Positions 45,855 through 56,560 are shown, counted from the first letter of the stretch. The stretch is DNA of 64,000 nucleotides from Halobacteriovoraceae bacterium (GCA_963719505.1 CAVRCF010000001.1:992001-1056000), one strand, 5' to 3'. Notes: generated by a model from the sequence alone, not told the origin. A program made the numbers and translations.

Positions 45855-46827
45855 GCTCCATGACTGACTTCATTTTTAGTTTTGACTCATTAAGCTCTCC
45901 TTCAAAGGTCGATCCCTTGACGATTCCACAGCCAGTCGTAATAAGTCCTTCTTCTTTGTTTAGTGTCAGGTTTCTGATGTTAATGAGAGCTTTTGTCGTA
46001 TCATCTTGGCATATCAGGATAGGACCACCATAAAAGGGTGAAGGATTTTTTTGATAGTAATTTAAAGAAGAACTCAATGCTCTTACCCTCTCTGTGGGAT
46101 CTCCAAAAATAGCAGATGTTGGTGCTAGTAAGGGAACAAGTTCCTCAAGCCTGAGAGGAGAATGAAATTTAATGGTTGATTTGTAATGGTAATAGTTTGA
46201 ATAACGAATAATCTCTCTTTTTTCAATTTCAAAATGCTTAGAAATCTTTTGAACTTTTTGTAAAAGGTTACTTTCAACATTTTTATGTTCTCGAATAAAT
46301 TTATCGTTATTAAGCAAATGAGGGCTTTCAGCAGTGGCCGCTATACAATCAGATACATATTGGTCATTTTCACTTTTTTCAAATAGAACCTCTGGTGAAT
46401 TTGTAATTGAGAGAAAGTCTTTTTCCCAGAAAATAAATAAATGCTTATCAAACGAATTTATGGCGTTGAATATGAGATTAAATAGCTGATCTTTTTTAAA
46501 CGTTACTTTATAGCAGTTGTACCAAAGAGCTTTCTCTATAAAGTTCGACTCAATATTTTTGTAAATACTCAGAAAATCCTGTTCAAAGATTGATGAATTA
46601 ATTAAGGGGTGTGTTATCGGAAGTGTAGCTTTATTGTTTATAAGAATCATTTCTCGCTTATCTAGGAAAACTTTCTTTTTAAATGTGCCAAAGATATCAA
46701 AAAAACTAATGAAGTCATTCGTTTCATGTTGCGGTGATACTTGTGAGAAATATAAATGTCCTTTATCACTGTAAATGAGACCAGCCTTAGATGTTAAATA
46801 TTTCTGTATCTTCTCTTTATTGTTCAT
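45841..46827 (-). CDS. menF: Isochorismate synthase / chorismate-binding enzyme (divergent)
   Basis: SPEVLF, K..REH..V, PTSAIFG.P, FYGG, INIR, GCGIV.GS....E..E...K; start taken as MNNKE 46827. Confidence 0.75.
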   Translation of the reverse strand: MNNKEKIQKYLTSKAGLIYSDKGHLYFSQVSPQHETNDFISFFDIFGTFKKKVFLDKREMILINNKATLPITHPLINSSIFEQDFLSIYKNIESNFIEKALWYNCYKVTFKKDQLFNLIFNAINSFDKHLFIFWEKDFLSITNSPEVLFEKSENDQYVSDCIAATAESPHLLNNDKFIREHKNVESNLLQKVQKISKHFEIEKREIIRYSNYYHYKSTIKFHSPLRLEELVPLLAPTSAIFGDPTERVRALSSSLNYYQKNPSPFYGGPILICQDDTTKALINIRNLTLNKEEGLITTGCGIVKGSTFEGELNESKLKMKSVMELVCG

Positions 46828-46875
46828 GCTAGTGTGAACGATATCACGCTTTGTTAAACAGGACAATACAAGGAT

Positions 46876-47622
46876 ATGCATTTGCTAGACAACGAATTTA
46901 CCATTTTTTCAGGACCCTGCTCATTAGAGAGTGAACAGCAATTGGAGTGTCAACTTCGCGACTTGAAGACCAAGTACGTAAGAGCGGGTATTTATAAGCT
47001 AAGGACAGAGGCGACTTCATTCCAAGGTCTCAGATCCGAAGGTATAGATATTATTAAAAACTTAAAGAAAAAGTATGACTTCAAACTTGTCTCTGAGGTG
47101 GTTTCACAAAACAGTGCTGAGGAGCTTCAGCCCATAGTAGACTATTTCCAAGTTGGGACAAGAAACATGTATAACTATGAGCTCTTGAAGAGCCTCAATA
47201 CCTTCGGTAAACCCATAATTTTGAAAAGGGGGTTTAGCGCAACAATAAAAGAGTGGATTGCGGCTGCACACTATATAGAAGATGCTGAAGAAAGAGTGAT
47301 TCTTTGTGAAAGAGGCGTGAGAAGCTTTGAGACAAGCTATAGAAATATGCTTGACCTTAACGCAGTAGCATTCATAAAAGCTCATACAAACTTTAAGGTT
47401 ATTGTTGATCCTTCTCACGGAACCGGAAGGCGAGAGCTTATTCTGCCGCTGGCCAAGGCTTCTCTTGCCGTGGGGGCTGATGGAATTATGCTTGAAGCCC
47501 ATCCAAATCCTCAAGAGGCTCTTTCTGATAAGGAGCAAGCATTGAGCCATGAACAACTAAGGAACATTATTAAAGAGCTTGAAGTCATCGCTCCAAGTTT
47601 TGGAAAAAAGGTAGTCTACTGA
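46876..47622 (+). CDS. DAHP synthase, class I-beta, no regulatory domain
   Basis: GPCSLES, YKLRT..SFQG, QVGTRNM.N, ILKRG, ILCERG.R.FE, VDPSHGTG, GIMLEAHP.P..ALSD. Confidence 0.92.
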   Translation: MHLLDNEFTIFSGPCSLESEQQLECQLRDLKTKYVRAGIYKLRTEATSFQGLRSEGIDIIKNLKKKYDFKLVSEVVSQNSAEELQPIVDYFQVGTRNMYNYELLKSLNTFGKPIILKRGFSATIKEWIAAAHYIEDAEERVILCERGVRSFETSYRNMLDLNAVAFIKAHTNFKVIVDPSHGTGRRELILPLAKASLAVGADGIMLEAHPNPQEALSDKEQALSHEQLRNIIKELEVIAPSFGKKVVY

Positions 47623-48287
47623 TGCCAGAGAAAGAAAAAATTGAAAGAATGTTTGATACGATAGCTCCTCGCTATGATCTTTTAAACAATATTCTCTCCT
47701 TAGGGACTCACTGGTTTTGGAAACGAAGACTCATAAAGTCTATTGAGAGGGTGAACCCGGCTTCTGTTTTGGACATCGCTACAGGTACTGGGGATATTAT
47801 TGGTCAATTTAATAATAAAGCTATTAAGCTTATGGGCACAGATATCTCAAAAGAGATGTTGAGTGAGGCCAAAACCAAGTTTCCCGACATTTCCTTTCTT
47901 GTCGACGACATCACAAAATCGGATCTCCTTGATAAAAGTTTTGACGTGAGCTGCATCTCTTATGGAATTAGGAATGTTAGTTCTATAGAAGAAGCTTTAA
48001 TAGAGATGAAAAGAGTGACAAATAAAAATATTTTCATTTTGGAGTTCGGGCAACCTGAAAACATTGTTTTAAAGGCCATATACTTCGGTCTGATGAAGTA
48101 CCTAATCCCTTTTATTGGGAGCCTCTTTGGATCTCGTTCTTCATATAACTACCTGATTGAGTCTTCAATGAACTTCCCCTCAGGAGCGAAATTTAAAACT
48201 CTTTGTGAAAACACAATAAGCTGCAAAGGGGTTGAAGTGATTCCTATCTTTGGAGGAATTACCTACCTCTATAATATTAAGCTTTAG
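47622..48287 (+). CDS. menG: Demethylmenaquinone methyltransferase (UbiE/MenG)
   Basis: MFDTIAPRYDLLN..LS.G, VLDIATGTGD, YGIRNV, ILEF, Y.YL.ES...FP. Confidence 0.92.
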   Translation: MPEKEKIERMFDTIAPRYDLLNNILSLGTHWFWKRRLIKSIERVNPASVLDIATGTGDIIGQFNNKAIKLMGTDISKEMLSEAKTKFPDISFLVDDITKSDLLDKSFDVSCISYGIRNVSSIEEALIEMKRVTNKNIFILEFGQPENIVLKAIYFGLMKYLIPFIGSLFGSRSSYNYLIESSMNFPSGAKFKTLCENTISCKGVEVIPIFGGITYLYNIKL

Positions 48288-49515
48288 CTATTAACTTTGA
48301 TAAAAGTTCTCTTCCATCACTTAGAGAGACTTTCTTGTTACGTTTGAGCCTCTCTTCTAAGAGGCTGACAAGTTTTTTATGAACTTTAGGGTCTTTGGTT
48401 AATTCACCAGAAATATTATCGAGATGCATTTTCATATGACCGGCGACAATGCCCTCAGATACAAGGGCCCTCAGAGCGCTGAAGTTTTGCAAAAGCCCAC
48501 TAACGGCTATAATTCTTTGGAGATCATCCTTTGATTTTACTTTCATCAGCTCTAGTGCAAGCTTTGCAAAGGGATGAACTTTAGTTGCGCCTCCCACGAT
48601 TCCGATCTGAAGAGGGATCGACATCTCACCCAAAAGTTGTCCGTCTGAAAAAGTCCATTTACTCAAAGGTTTGTAACAGTTATCTCTACAGGCAAAAGAG
48701 TGTAAAAGTGCATTGTTTGCCCTCCAATCATTACCAGTAACAATAAGAATGGGATCAATCGCATTGATGATCCCTTTGTTGTGTGTAGAAGCTCTTGCAG
48801 GCAGTTGTGCCGAAAGTTCAGAAGCTTGGGCAATTCTTTTACCTAAGTTCTCATCACATCTTAGGCTCGCTTTAACGGTTACACTGGCCATGGGAGAGGA
48901 GTTAGACAATATGCACATAAGTGGTTTGGGGAAATTGAATTCCAATTCTAAGAAACCGCTGGCCCTCTCGCACATTTGGGTCACGAGGTTAGCCCCCATA
49001 GCTTCGAGAGGATTAATCTTTATGTGATAAGTAGTAAAGTTTTGCGTTTTTACTTTATCAATACCTAAGATCTCTCCGCCTCTTTTAAAATAGGAAGGGA
49101 ACTCAACTTTTAGAAAGCGATAAATGTCTTCTTGATAATTCTTCAGGTCAAGGTCTTGAAGTTCTGAACTATTGTAGGCCATTTGACCAATCAAAACAGT
49201 AGGGTGAATTTGGGTTTCTATTTTTCCTGAGTTTCTAAAAAGCTTACTTGAGTGATTTAGAGCTGCGATAACGCTGCTTTCTTCGACAGCAAGGATCGTA
49301 TTGACCAATTTGTCGTCGACCGGCATCTGGGTGACGATTCCCATCGGAAGCTGAAAGTATCCAATGAAGTTCTCAATGAGAGCCTCGCCGACTTCATCTG
49401 TAATAAATTCGTTAGACAAAAAAAGATTCATATCATCTAACCCCTCGAAATTTTGAGAGACTATTCGCTTTCTATCTTTTGTCTTTAGTTTATATAATTT
49501 TTCCATATCGTTCAC
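48277..49515 (-). CDS. mvaA: HMG-CoA reductase, class II
   Basis: IENFIG, VEESSVIAA, EAMGAN, ILSN, THNKGIIN, TGNDWRA, GLLQNFSALRAL..EGI..GHMKMH. Confidence 0.92.
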   Translation of the reverse strand: MNDMEKLYKLKTKDRKRIVSQNFEGLDDMNLFLSNEFITDEVGEALIENFIGYFQLPMGIVTQMPVDDKLVNTILAVEESSVIAALNHSSKLFRNSGKIETQIHPTVLIGQMAYNSSELQDLDLKNYQEDIYRFLKVEFPSYFKRGGEILGIDKVKTQNFTTYHIKINPLEAMGANLVTQMCERASGFLELEFNFPKPLMCILSNSSPMASVTVKASLRCDENLGKRIAQASELSAQLPARASTHNKGIINAIDPILIVTGNDWRANNALLHSFACRDNCYKPLSKWTFSDGQLLGEMSIPLQIGIVGGATKVHPFAKLALELMKVKSKDDLQRIIAVSGLLQNFSALRALVSEGIVAGHMKMHLDNISGELTKDPKVHKKLVSLLEERLKRNKKVSLSDGRELLSKLIAKA

Positions 49516-49570
49516 GTAGTCATGAACAATATAATATGGTTTAATTTATAATACAAGTGACAAAGGGTGG

Positions 49571-50509
49571 ATGATGGTAAGTCTAAAAGAAAATTTAGCA
49601 AACTTTTTTTTCGAGGGTGATCATAGTAACAAGCTATATCTTAAAGAGGGAAGCCTTGATTATCTAGCACAGGGTAAAGCTCTTCGGTCGAGAGTTTGTA
49701 TAGAACTAGGAAAAACCTTTTTGTTGAATCCAAAGCAAGCGGCCATACTTGGTCAAACGATTGAGATGATTCACAATGCGACTTTAATTCACGATGATGT
49801 TGTCGACTTTTCACATTTTAGACGTGGAAGTGAAACTCTTAATTCTTTTTATGGTAATAAAAAATCTGTTTTAGTTGGAGATTATATCCTAGCGAAAGCT
49901 ATCGCGGACCTCTCTCTTCTCAATCGTCCTTCTTTGATTGCTGCAATTGCTATGGCACTCAAGTCTCTTGTCGATGGAGAAATATTTCAAATGGAGCATA
50001 GTGACCCCTTTGATATATCAGAGGATGATTATATAAGGCTTGCAATGAATAAGACGGGAGCCCTTTTTGCTTGGTCTTTCTCATCAGTTGTTGATTTGAA
50101 ATTTGAAAACACTTCTCTCACAAAAGCGATGCATGAAATGGGAGAGGAGTTAGGGGTCCTTTTTCAAATGAAAGATGACCTCCTCGATTTTACAGTTGAA
50201 ACTAAAACTCAAGGGCTAGACCTTAGGAACAATAATGTTAATTATGTATTCTCTCTTTTTGCAAATGCGGATTCAAAAGTTAAATCGGCTTTAAGGAGTG
50301 CACAAGCTCTGGGTGATCTTTCAGAGGAAATTAAAAGGGAACTTCTTCAAAAGCAAAGTCTTGCTGAACAGAGGCTTGATGACAGAGCAAATAGAGTTAA
50401 AAATTTAATGAGAAGTATTTGCAATGAGCATCTAGAGGAGAAGTATTGGAAAAACTTCGCAATTTTTGTTGAATCCTTTGTCAAAAAGATAACGACAAGA
50501 ACTTATTAA
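49571..50509 (+). CDS. Polyprenyl diphosphate synthase
   Basis: GKALR, EMIHNATLIHDDVVD...RRG, GDY, KTGALF, FQMKDDLLD. Confidence 0.93.
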   Translation: MMVSLKENLANFFFEGDHSNKLYLKEGSLDYLAQGKALRSRVCIELGKTFLLNPKQAAILGQTIEMIHNATLIHDDVVDFSHFRRGSETLNSFYGNKKSVLVGDYILAKAIADLSLLNRPSLIAAIAMALKSLVDGEIFQMEHSDPFDISEDDYIRLAMNKTGALFAWSFSSVVDLKFENTSLTKAMHEMGEELGVLFQMKDDLLDFTVETKTQGLDLRNNNVNYVFSLFANADSKVKSALRSAQALGDLSEEIKRELLQKQSLAEQRLDDRANRVKNLMRSICNEHLEEKYWKNFAIFVESFVKKITTRTY

Positions 50510-50512
50510 TTC

Positions 50513-51004
50513 TTATTTTTTAAAACTTTTCCAAAGCGATAGATTAATCTTTTCAAGTTTTATAACATTATCAATCGTCTTACTGCCGGACTTTACAAGG
50601 TTGTTCAAATTTTTGAATCTCTCTGGGGAAACACCTAGTTGAATAAGCTCTTTTTGGTTTAGTTTATTTAATTGAGTGATTTGATGAGAGATATTTGTGA
50701 TAAGTTTTTTCTCTCTCATTTTTAAAACTTTCGTTATAGCGTGAAAAATATCAGGGTTGGCGATAAACAGCTCAGCCCCGTGTTGTCCAGTACCTTGCTC
50801 TAGAATCACTTCGAACTTCTTGAGATCACTTAGGGTTGTACTGAGAAGGGCCTTAGATATTTGAAAGGTCTCCTTAAGCTCCTTCGAAGATACAGGTCTC
50901 TCTACAAGGTAGACGTAAGTCCATATCTTTCCATGGATTGGCTTAAAGCCCCAGTACTTTATAAATTCACCGATGGAATCCGTTAAATTATCTAAGTTTT
51001 TCAT
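50513..51004 (-). CDS. GbsR/MarR-like winged-helix regulator
   Basis: YWGFKPIHGKIWTYVYL..RP, ISKALLS..L..L pattern. Confidence 0.75.
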   Translation of the reverse strand: MKNLDNLTDSIGEFIKYWGFKPIHGKIWTYVYLVERPVSSKELKETFQISKALLSTTLSDLKKFEVILEQGTGQHGAELFIANPDIFHAITKVLKMREKKLITNISHQITQLNKLNQKELIQLGVSPERFKNLNNLVKSGSKTIDNVIKLEKINLSLWKSFKK

Positions 51005-51006
51005 GC

Positions 51007-52242
51007 TTATTTATAAACTGGAAAGTCTTTACATAAACTTTCAACTTCATCCCTTACCTGTTTTAAAACGACAGCATCATCATGATTTTTTAGTGCTTTT
51101 GAAATCCAGCCAGCAAGCATCTTCATATGGTTTTCTTTTAAGCCTCTGGTTGTAATGGCGGGTGTTCCAAGGCGAATACCACTTGTCACAAAAGGAGAGC
51201 GAGAATCATTCGGTATCATATTTTTGTTACAGGTAATATTAACTTCTTCTAAGATTCTCTCAGCGTCTTTTCCTGAGAGGTTCACTGAGTCTGTCTTGAC
51301 AAGAATAAGGTGGTTATCAGTCCCACGACTAACAAGATCAATTCCTTCATTAATCAAACTTTCAGCTAATGCTTTACAGTTTTTTAAAACTTGTTCTTGA
51401 TATATTTTAAAGTCAGGCTTTAGAGCTTCTCCAAAAGCCACCGCTTTACCGGCAATAACGTGTTCAAGGGGACCGCCTTGAATTCCTGGAAAAATGACTG
51501 AGTTTAGCTTTTTAAACCACTCTTCATTATTCGAGAGAATAATTCCACCTCTTGGACCCCTTAAGGTTTTATGAGTTGTGCTTGTAACAAAGTCTGCATG
51601 ATCAAGTGGACTTTGGTGGTGACCTGTAGCTACGAGTCCAGCAATATGGGCCATATCGACAAGAACGAGAGCTGAAACTCTTGTTGCAATATCTCTAATT
51701 CTTTTAAAATCAATTTCTCGAGGGTAGGCACTCGCTCCAGCGACAATCATTTTTGGATTGTGTAGCTTCGCTAAGGCTTCTATTTGGTCGTAATCAATTC
51801 TTTCATCCTCTCCCAAACCGTAGCTTATAAAGTTATAAAGCTTTCCTGAAAAGTTAACTGGACTTCCGTGAGTAAGATGACCACCATCATCTAGACTCAT
51901 TCCCAGAACTGTATCTCCAGGATTGAGAGTTGCCAGGTAGACACCCATATTAGCACTTGAGCCCGAGTGGGGTTGGACGTTGGCGTACTTTGCATTAAAA
52001 AGTTTTTTTAATCTATCGATGGCGAGTTGTTCGACAGTGTCGACATGTTCACATCCTCCGTAATATCTTTTCCCAGGGTAACCTTCAGCGTATTTATTTG
52101 TCAGGCAGCTCCCTTGTGCTTCCATAACAGCTTGAGAGCAATAGTTTTCTGAGGCAATAAGTTCAAGACCTATTTCTTGTCTTTCTCTTTCAAGCTCAAT
52201 ATTTTTAAAAACTTCAGGATCACTATCTTTTAAAAAACTCAT
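51007..52242 (-). CDS. glyA: Serine hydroxymethyltransferase
   Basis: [55 protein letters not shown]. Confidence 0.98.
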   Translation of the reverse strand: MSFLKDSDPEVFKNIELERERQEIGLELIASENYCSQAVMEAQGSCLTNKYAEGYPGKRYYGGCEHVDTVEQLAIDRLKKLFNAKYANVQPHSGSSANMGVYLATLNPGDTVLGMSLDDGGHLTHGSPVNFSGKLYNFISYGLGEDERIDYDQIEALAKLHNPKMIVAGASAYPREIDFKRIRDIATRVSALVLVDMAHIAGLVATGHHQSPLDHADFVTSTTHKTLRGPRGGIILSNNEEWFKKLNSVIFPGIQGGPLEHVIAGKAVAFGEALKPDFKIYQEQVLKNCKALAESLINEGIDLVSRGTDNHLILVKTDSVNLSGKDAERILEEVNITCNKNMIPNDSRSPFVTSGIRLGTPAITTRGLKENHMKMLAGWISKALKNHDDAVVLKQVRDEVESLCKDFPVYK

Positions 52243-52253
52243 TATAATTCCTT

Positions 52254-53501
52254 TTATTCTTCATACTTTTTAAAAATCGTCGTTGAATTGGTGCCACCAA
52301 ATCCAAACGAGTTATTTAAAACGTATTTAATTTCTCTTTCCACTTTTTTATTCGCGGTATAGTTTAAATCGCATCCTTCTGATGGATTATCTAAATTTAT
52401 CGTTGGTGGAATAACTCCATCAGTAATCGCTTTGACGCAAAAAACAGATTCTAAACCACCTGCAGCTCCAAGAAGGTGACCAGTCATAGACTTTGTTGAA
52501 CTTATATTTAGTTTTTTTGCATGCTCACCAAAGACGGCTTTAATAGCATTCGTCTCTGCAATATCACCTGTTGGAGTACTTGTTCCATGCGCATTAATAT
52601 AATCGATATCACTGGGCTTGATGCCAGCTTGCTTAATAGCTTGAAGCATACAAGGAATAGTTCCCTCACCCTCTGGGTGTGGACTTGTTATATGAAAAGC
52701 ATCTGCTGTTGAACCATAGCCGACAATTTCGGCTAAAATTTTGGCTCCACGGGCTTTTGCTTTTTCGAGGTTTTCTAAAACTAAAATTCCAGCTCCATCT
52801 CCCATGACAAAACCATCTCGATCTCGGTCAAATGGACGCGAGGCAAGAGTTGGATCGTCATTTCTTTTTGATAGTGCTTTCATTGAAGCGAAGCCTGCAA
52901 TCGTTAATCCTCCAATGACACATTCGCTGCCACCAGTAATAACTGCATCTTGGCGTCCTAGCATTATTTCTGATGCGGAGATCCCAATAGCATGTGCAGC
53001 TGAGGCACAAGCAGAACTTACAGCATGGTTCGTTCCACGAAAGTTCCACTTCATTGAAATCTTTCCTGTGGCCATGTTGGGTATAAAAGAAGGAACAAAA
53101 AACGGAGAGACTCTTCTGGCACCTTTTTCAAGATAAGTTTGATGAGTTTTTTCGATAAATGGAAATCCGCCAAGGCCTACACCCAAAACAGATCCAATCA
53201 TATAAGGATCGTATCCAGCTTTTAAAAGACCTGAGCTTTCGATAGCTTCGTTTGCACAGTGAAGGGCAAAATGAATAAACTTATCGAACCGATCTTGATC
53301 CTTTAAATCCATGATGTCCTCAGAGATAGTAAAGTTTTTCACCATTCCACCAATTTGGACAGGCCATGAGTCTGATCCCTCAAGGTCAATTTTAGAAATA
53401 CCAGACTTTCCGTCTAAAGCGTTTGCCCACACTTCGTCTAGATTATTTCCCAGGCCACAGATGGCACTGACTCCAGTAACGGCAACTCGATTTAATTGCA
53501 T
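52254..53501 (-). CDS. fabF: Beta-ketoacyl-ACP synthase II
   Basis: VSSACASA (Cys), [38 protein letters not shown]; start set at MQLN 53501. Confidence 0.96.
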   Translation of the reverse strand: MQLNRVAVTGVSAICGLGNNLDEVWANALDGKSGISKIDLEGSDSWPVQIGGMVKNFTISEDIMDLKDQDRFDKFIHFALHCANEAIESSGLLKAGYDPYMIGSVLGVGLGGFPFIEKTHQTYLEKGARRVSPFFVPSFIPNMATGKISMKWNFRGTNHAVSSACASAAHAIGISASEIMLGRQDAVITGGSECVIGGLTIAGFASMKALSKRNDDPTLASRPFDRDRDGFVMGDGAGILVLENLEKAKARGAKILAEIVGYGSTADAFHITSPHPEGEGTIPCMLQAIKQAGIKPSDIDYINAHGTSTPTGDIAETNAIKAVFGEHAKKLNISSTKSMTGHLLGAAGGLESVFCVKAITDGVIPPTINLDNPSEGCDLNYTANKKVEREIKYVLNNSFGFGGTNSTTIFKKYEE

Positions 53502-53511
53502 AAAAAATTCC

Positions 53512-53539
53512 AAAAAAAAAGCCCCGGAACTTCCGAGGC
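53512..53539 (-). terminator. Rho-independent terminator between acpP and fabF
   Basis: Minus strand GCCTCGGAAGTTCCGGGGC hairpin followed by T9. Confidence 0.8.
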
Positions 53540-53547
53540 AAAGTTAA

Positions 53548-53778
53548 TTAGTTTAAAGTTTTTAAGAAGTTTGTTACATCGTTGATCGTTTTGAGATCTT
53601 CAGTTTTGTCTTCAGGAATCTCAACTCCAAACTCTTCTTCCATTTTCATCATCATCTCAACCATGTCTAGTGAGTCTAGGTTCAGATCATCGATAAAATT
53701 AGTTTCAGCTTTAATATTTGAAGCATCTACTTTTGTTGCTTCGCTTACGATTTTGATTACTTTTTCTTGTGTTTCCAT
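53548..53778 (-). CDS. acpP: Acyl carrier protein
   Basis: DLNLDSLDMVE..M.MEEEFG.EIP. Confidence 0.97.
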   Translation of the reverse strand: METQEKVIKIVSEATKVDASNIKAETNFIDDLNLDSLDMVEMMMKMEEEFGVEIPEDKTEDLKTINDVTNFLKTLN

Positions 53779-53836
53779 TGATATATCCTCCGAAAGTTTA
53801 CCTGTTAATTTTATTTAGTTAATGACGTTATAGTAG

Positions 53837-54598
53837 TTAAATATACAGTCCACCGTCAACTTTAATTACCTCTCCGGTAATATAGGATGACGCGCTGCTG
53901 AGTAAGAAAAGAACAAGGTTTGTGACGTCTTCAGTCTTACCGTATTCTCCCATTGGAATGGCTTTTTTATACTCATCTTGAGCCTTTTCCGGTATCTCAG
54001 CGGTCATTTCCGTTTCAATAAACCCCGGAGCAATAGCATTACATCTCATTTTCCTAGATCCAAGCTCTTTTGCGAAAGATTTGGTAAACCCAATCAGTCC
54101 GGCTTTTGATGCTGCATAGACAGATTGAGAAGTATTGCCCATAAGTCCTACAACTGAACTCATATTAATAACGGAGACATCTTTAGCTTTTAAGAAATTT
54201 CGACAAAGATGGTTAGTGAGGACCATCGTGGATTTTAAATTAACATCCATAATAAAATCAATATCATCCGGTTTAACTCTCATCATGAGCTGATCCTTGG
54301 AAACACCGGCGTTATTAACCAGTCCTGAGATGGCTCCGTGTTCTTTTACAAATTCATCTAAACAAGATTTCATTGAGTCGTAGTCAGTCATATCAAAGTT
54401 TAAAGCCGTCGCGTTCATAGCTCCAAGAGATTTGAGTTCCTCAACAAGTTGTTGCGCATTTTCAGGGTTACTTCTGTAATTAAAAACGACATGAGCTCTA
54501 TTTGTTGCAAGAGATTTTGCAATTGCATTACCAATCCCGCGAGTCGCACCTGTAACAAGAACGATTTTATTTTCTAAATCACTATAAATTACATTCAT
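53837..54598 (-). CDS. fabG: 3-oxoacyl-ACP reductase
   Basis: TGATRGIG, NNAG, SSVVG..GN..Q..YAASK, APGFIET.MT, VDGG. Confidence 0.95.
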   Translation of the reverse strand: MNVIYSDLENKIVLVTGATRGIGNAIAKSLATNRAHVVFNYRSNPENAQQLVEELKSLGAMNATALNFDMTDYDSMKSCLDEFVKEHGAISGLVNNAGVSKDQLMMRVKPDDIDFIMDVNLKSTMVLTNHLCRNFLKAKDVSVINMSSVVGLMGNTSQSVYAASKAGLIGFTKSFAKELGSRKMRCNAIAPGFIETEMTAEIPEKAQDEYKKAIPMGEYGKTEDVTNLVLFLLSSASSYITGEVIKVDGGLYI

Positions 54599-55544
54599 TT
54601 AAAAACTCCTCAAGACCTTTGAAGCCTTCATCGCAATCAAGGTTATAAGTTCTCATTTCATTATTTATTTTTTTATTTAACCCTTTAAGAACTTTTCCAG
54701 GTCCGACCTCAATAAAGACAGTATCACTAGGAAGAGAAGATATAGACTGACTCCATAAAACAGAGCCACAAACCTGCTGAATTAAATTCTCTTTGATCTG
54801 ATCAACTGACGTGCCAGGGCTTTTAACTTTTGCATCAATATTTGTAATATAGGGAAGAGTATTTTCTGACAGTTGTATTGTCTCTAAAAAAGATTTCAGG
54901 TTTTTTTCAGCTGGCTTCATCAAGCTTGAATGAAAGGGAGCAGAAACACTTAGCTCCATTGCCCTAAATCGGCCTTCAAAGTTTTCTTCAATCCATTTTA
55001 TTGCTTTTTCACAGGCAGCGGCATGGCCAGAGATAACTGTTTGTGTAGGCTCATTAAAATTTGCAGGCATTACCTGTTCATCTTCAGTGGAAACTTCAAG
55101 GCAAGCTTTCGCCACAACTTCGGAGGGGACTCTGAGCATAGCATACATTTTTCCCACACCTTCTGGAGTTGCCTCTTGCATGAAGCGACCTCTATTCTTA
55201 ACCGCTTTAATGGCATCTTTGACCTGCAGCGATCCAGCAGCAACCAAAGCAGAGTACTCACCAACTGAATGTCCAAGGACTCTATCTATTGAAATATTTC
55301 TTTTCTCTAAAACAATTTTTAAATTTTCAAACAAGGCAACTGAGTGAGCAACTATTGCTGGCTGAGTATTTTCTGTAAGCTTGAGTTCTTCTTCTGGTCC
55401 TTCAAACATTAAGTTTTTGAGATCAAAGTCACATGCTTCATTGGCCATTTTAAAAATATCTTGAGCGCGAGAGGTTGAGTCAAGAGACTTTCCCATTCCA
55501 ACGTACTGTGATCCTTGACCAGGAAAAATAAGTGTTACACCCAT
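54582..55544 (-). CDS. fabD: Malonyl-CoA:ACP transacylase
   Basis: FPGQGSQ, TQPAI, GHSVGEY, VSAPFHS, EVGPGKVL. Confidence 0.97.
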   Translation of the reverse strand: MGVTLIFPGQGSQYVGMGKSLDSTSRAQDIFKMANEACDFDLKNLMFEGPEEELKLTENTQPAIVAHSVALFENLKIVLEKRNISIDRVLGHSVGEYSALVAAGSLQVKDAIKAVKNRGRFMQEATPEGVGKMYAMLRVPSEVVAKACLEVSTEDEQVMPANFNEPTQTVISGHAAACEKAIKWIEENFEGRFRAMELSVSAPFHSSLMKPAEKNLKSFLETIQLSENTLPYITNIDAKVKSPGTSVDQIKENLIQQVCGSVLWSQSISSLPSDTVFIEVGPGKVLKGLNKKINNEMRTYNLDCDEGFKGLEEFLNECNL

Positions 55545-55567
55545 ATCAAATCTCCGTTTCTATTTGT

Positions 55568-56560
55568 CTAAAATTTTAAAAGGACAGCACCACTGGTTAA
55601 ACCAGCACCGAAGGCTGCAAATAAAATTGTTTGTCCTCGTTTAATTCTTCCATCCATAAAGGCTTCGTGAAGAGCTGCCGGGACTGAGGCGCTTGAAGTA
55701 TTAGCGTATTTTTCAACATTGCAGATAACTTTATCCATTGGATAGTCTAAAATCTTTGCAGTTGTTTCAATGATACGAAGGTTTGCTTGGTGAGGTATAA
55801 ACCAGTCAATATCTTCTTTTGTAAGGTTATTTCTTTCGATCAAAGTAGCACAGTGTCGCGCCATAGTTTTAACGGCATTTTTAAAAACAACTTGGCCATC
55901 CATTGTGACAAACTGCTCTTTCTTTTCTAAGACTTCGTGAGTGATAGGAGACTTACTTCCACCTTTAAGTAAAATAAGGCTGTCAGACTTTGTTCCGTCA
56001 CAGCTTAAAATAGAATCAATAAATTCTGCTCCATCATTGTCTTCATTTCTAGAAAGAACAGTTGCTCCAGAGCCGTCACCAAAAAGGATGCAAGAGCTTC
56101 TATCTTCCCAGTTGTTGAATGCAGAAGTCATCTCTGTTCCAACAACAAGAATATGCTTATGAACACCGGTTTTGATAAGAGCATCAGCGACTTGAAGTCC
56201 ATAAACCCAACCTGTACATGCGGCATTGATATCCATACAAGCACATTGATTAGTCATTCCAAGTTTTGTTTGCAACTGGCTTGCAGTATTTGGAAAAAGA
56301 TAGTCTGGTAGAGTCACTGAAAAAATAATCATTGAGATATCATCAACCGTTATATTAGCATTTTTTATCGCTTCTTTAGATGCGTGGTAAGCCATAGCAC
56401 TTGGGTATTCAGTTTCAGCGTCTGCAATTCTTCTTTCCTTTATTCCTGTTCTTTGAACAATCCACTCATCACTTGTGTCGACGATTTTTGACATGTCTTC
56501 ATTCGTCATTACTTTTTCGGGATGAAATTTTCCAGTACCAGATATTTTTGTTGCAAACAT
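55568..56560 (-). CDS. fabH: Beta-ketoacyl-ACP synthase III
   Basis: DTSDEWI..RTGI, AACTG, LFGDG, PHQAN.RI, NTSSAS, FGAGLT. Confidence 0.97.
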   Translation of the reverse strand: MFATKISGTGKFHPEKVMTNEDMSKIVDTSDEWIVQRTGIKERRIADAETEYPSAMAYHASKEAIKNANITVDDISMIIFSVTLPDYLFPNTASQLQTKLGMTNQCACMDINAACTGWVYGLQVADALIKTGVHKHILVVGTEMTSAFNNWEDRSSCILFGDGSGATVLSRNEDNDGAEFIDSILSCDGTKSDSLILLKGGSKSPITHEVLEKKEQFVTMDGQVVFKNAVKTMARHCATLIERNNLTKEDIDWFIPHQANLRIIETTAKILDYPMDKVICNVEKYANTSSASVPAALHEAFMDGRIKRGQTILFAAFGAGLTSGAVLLKF

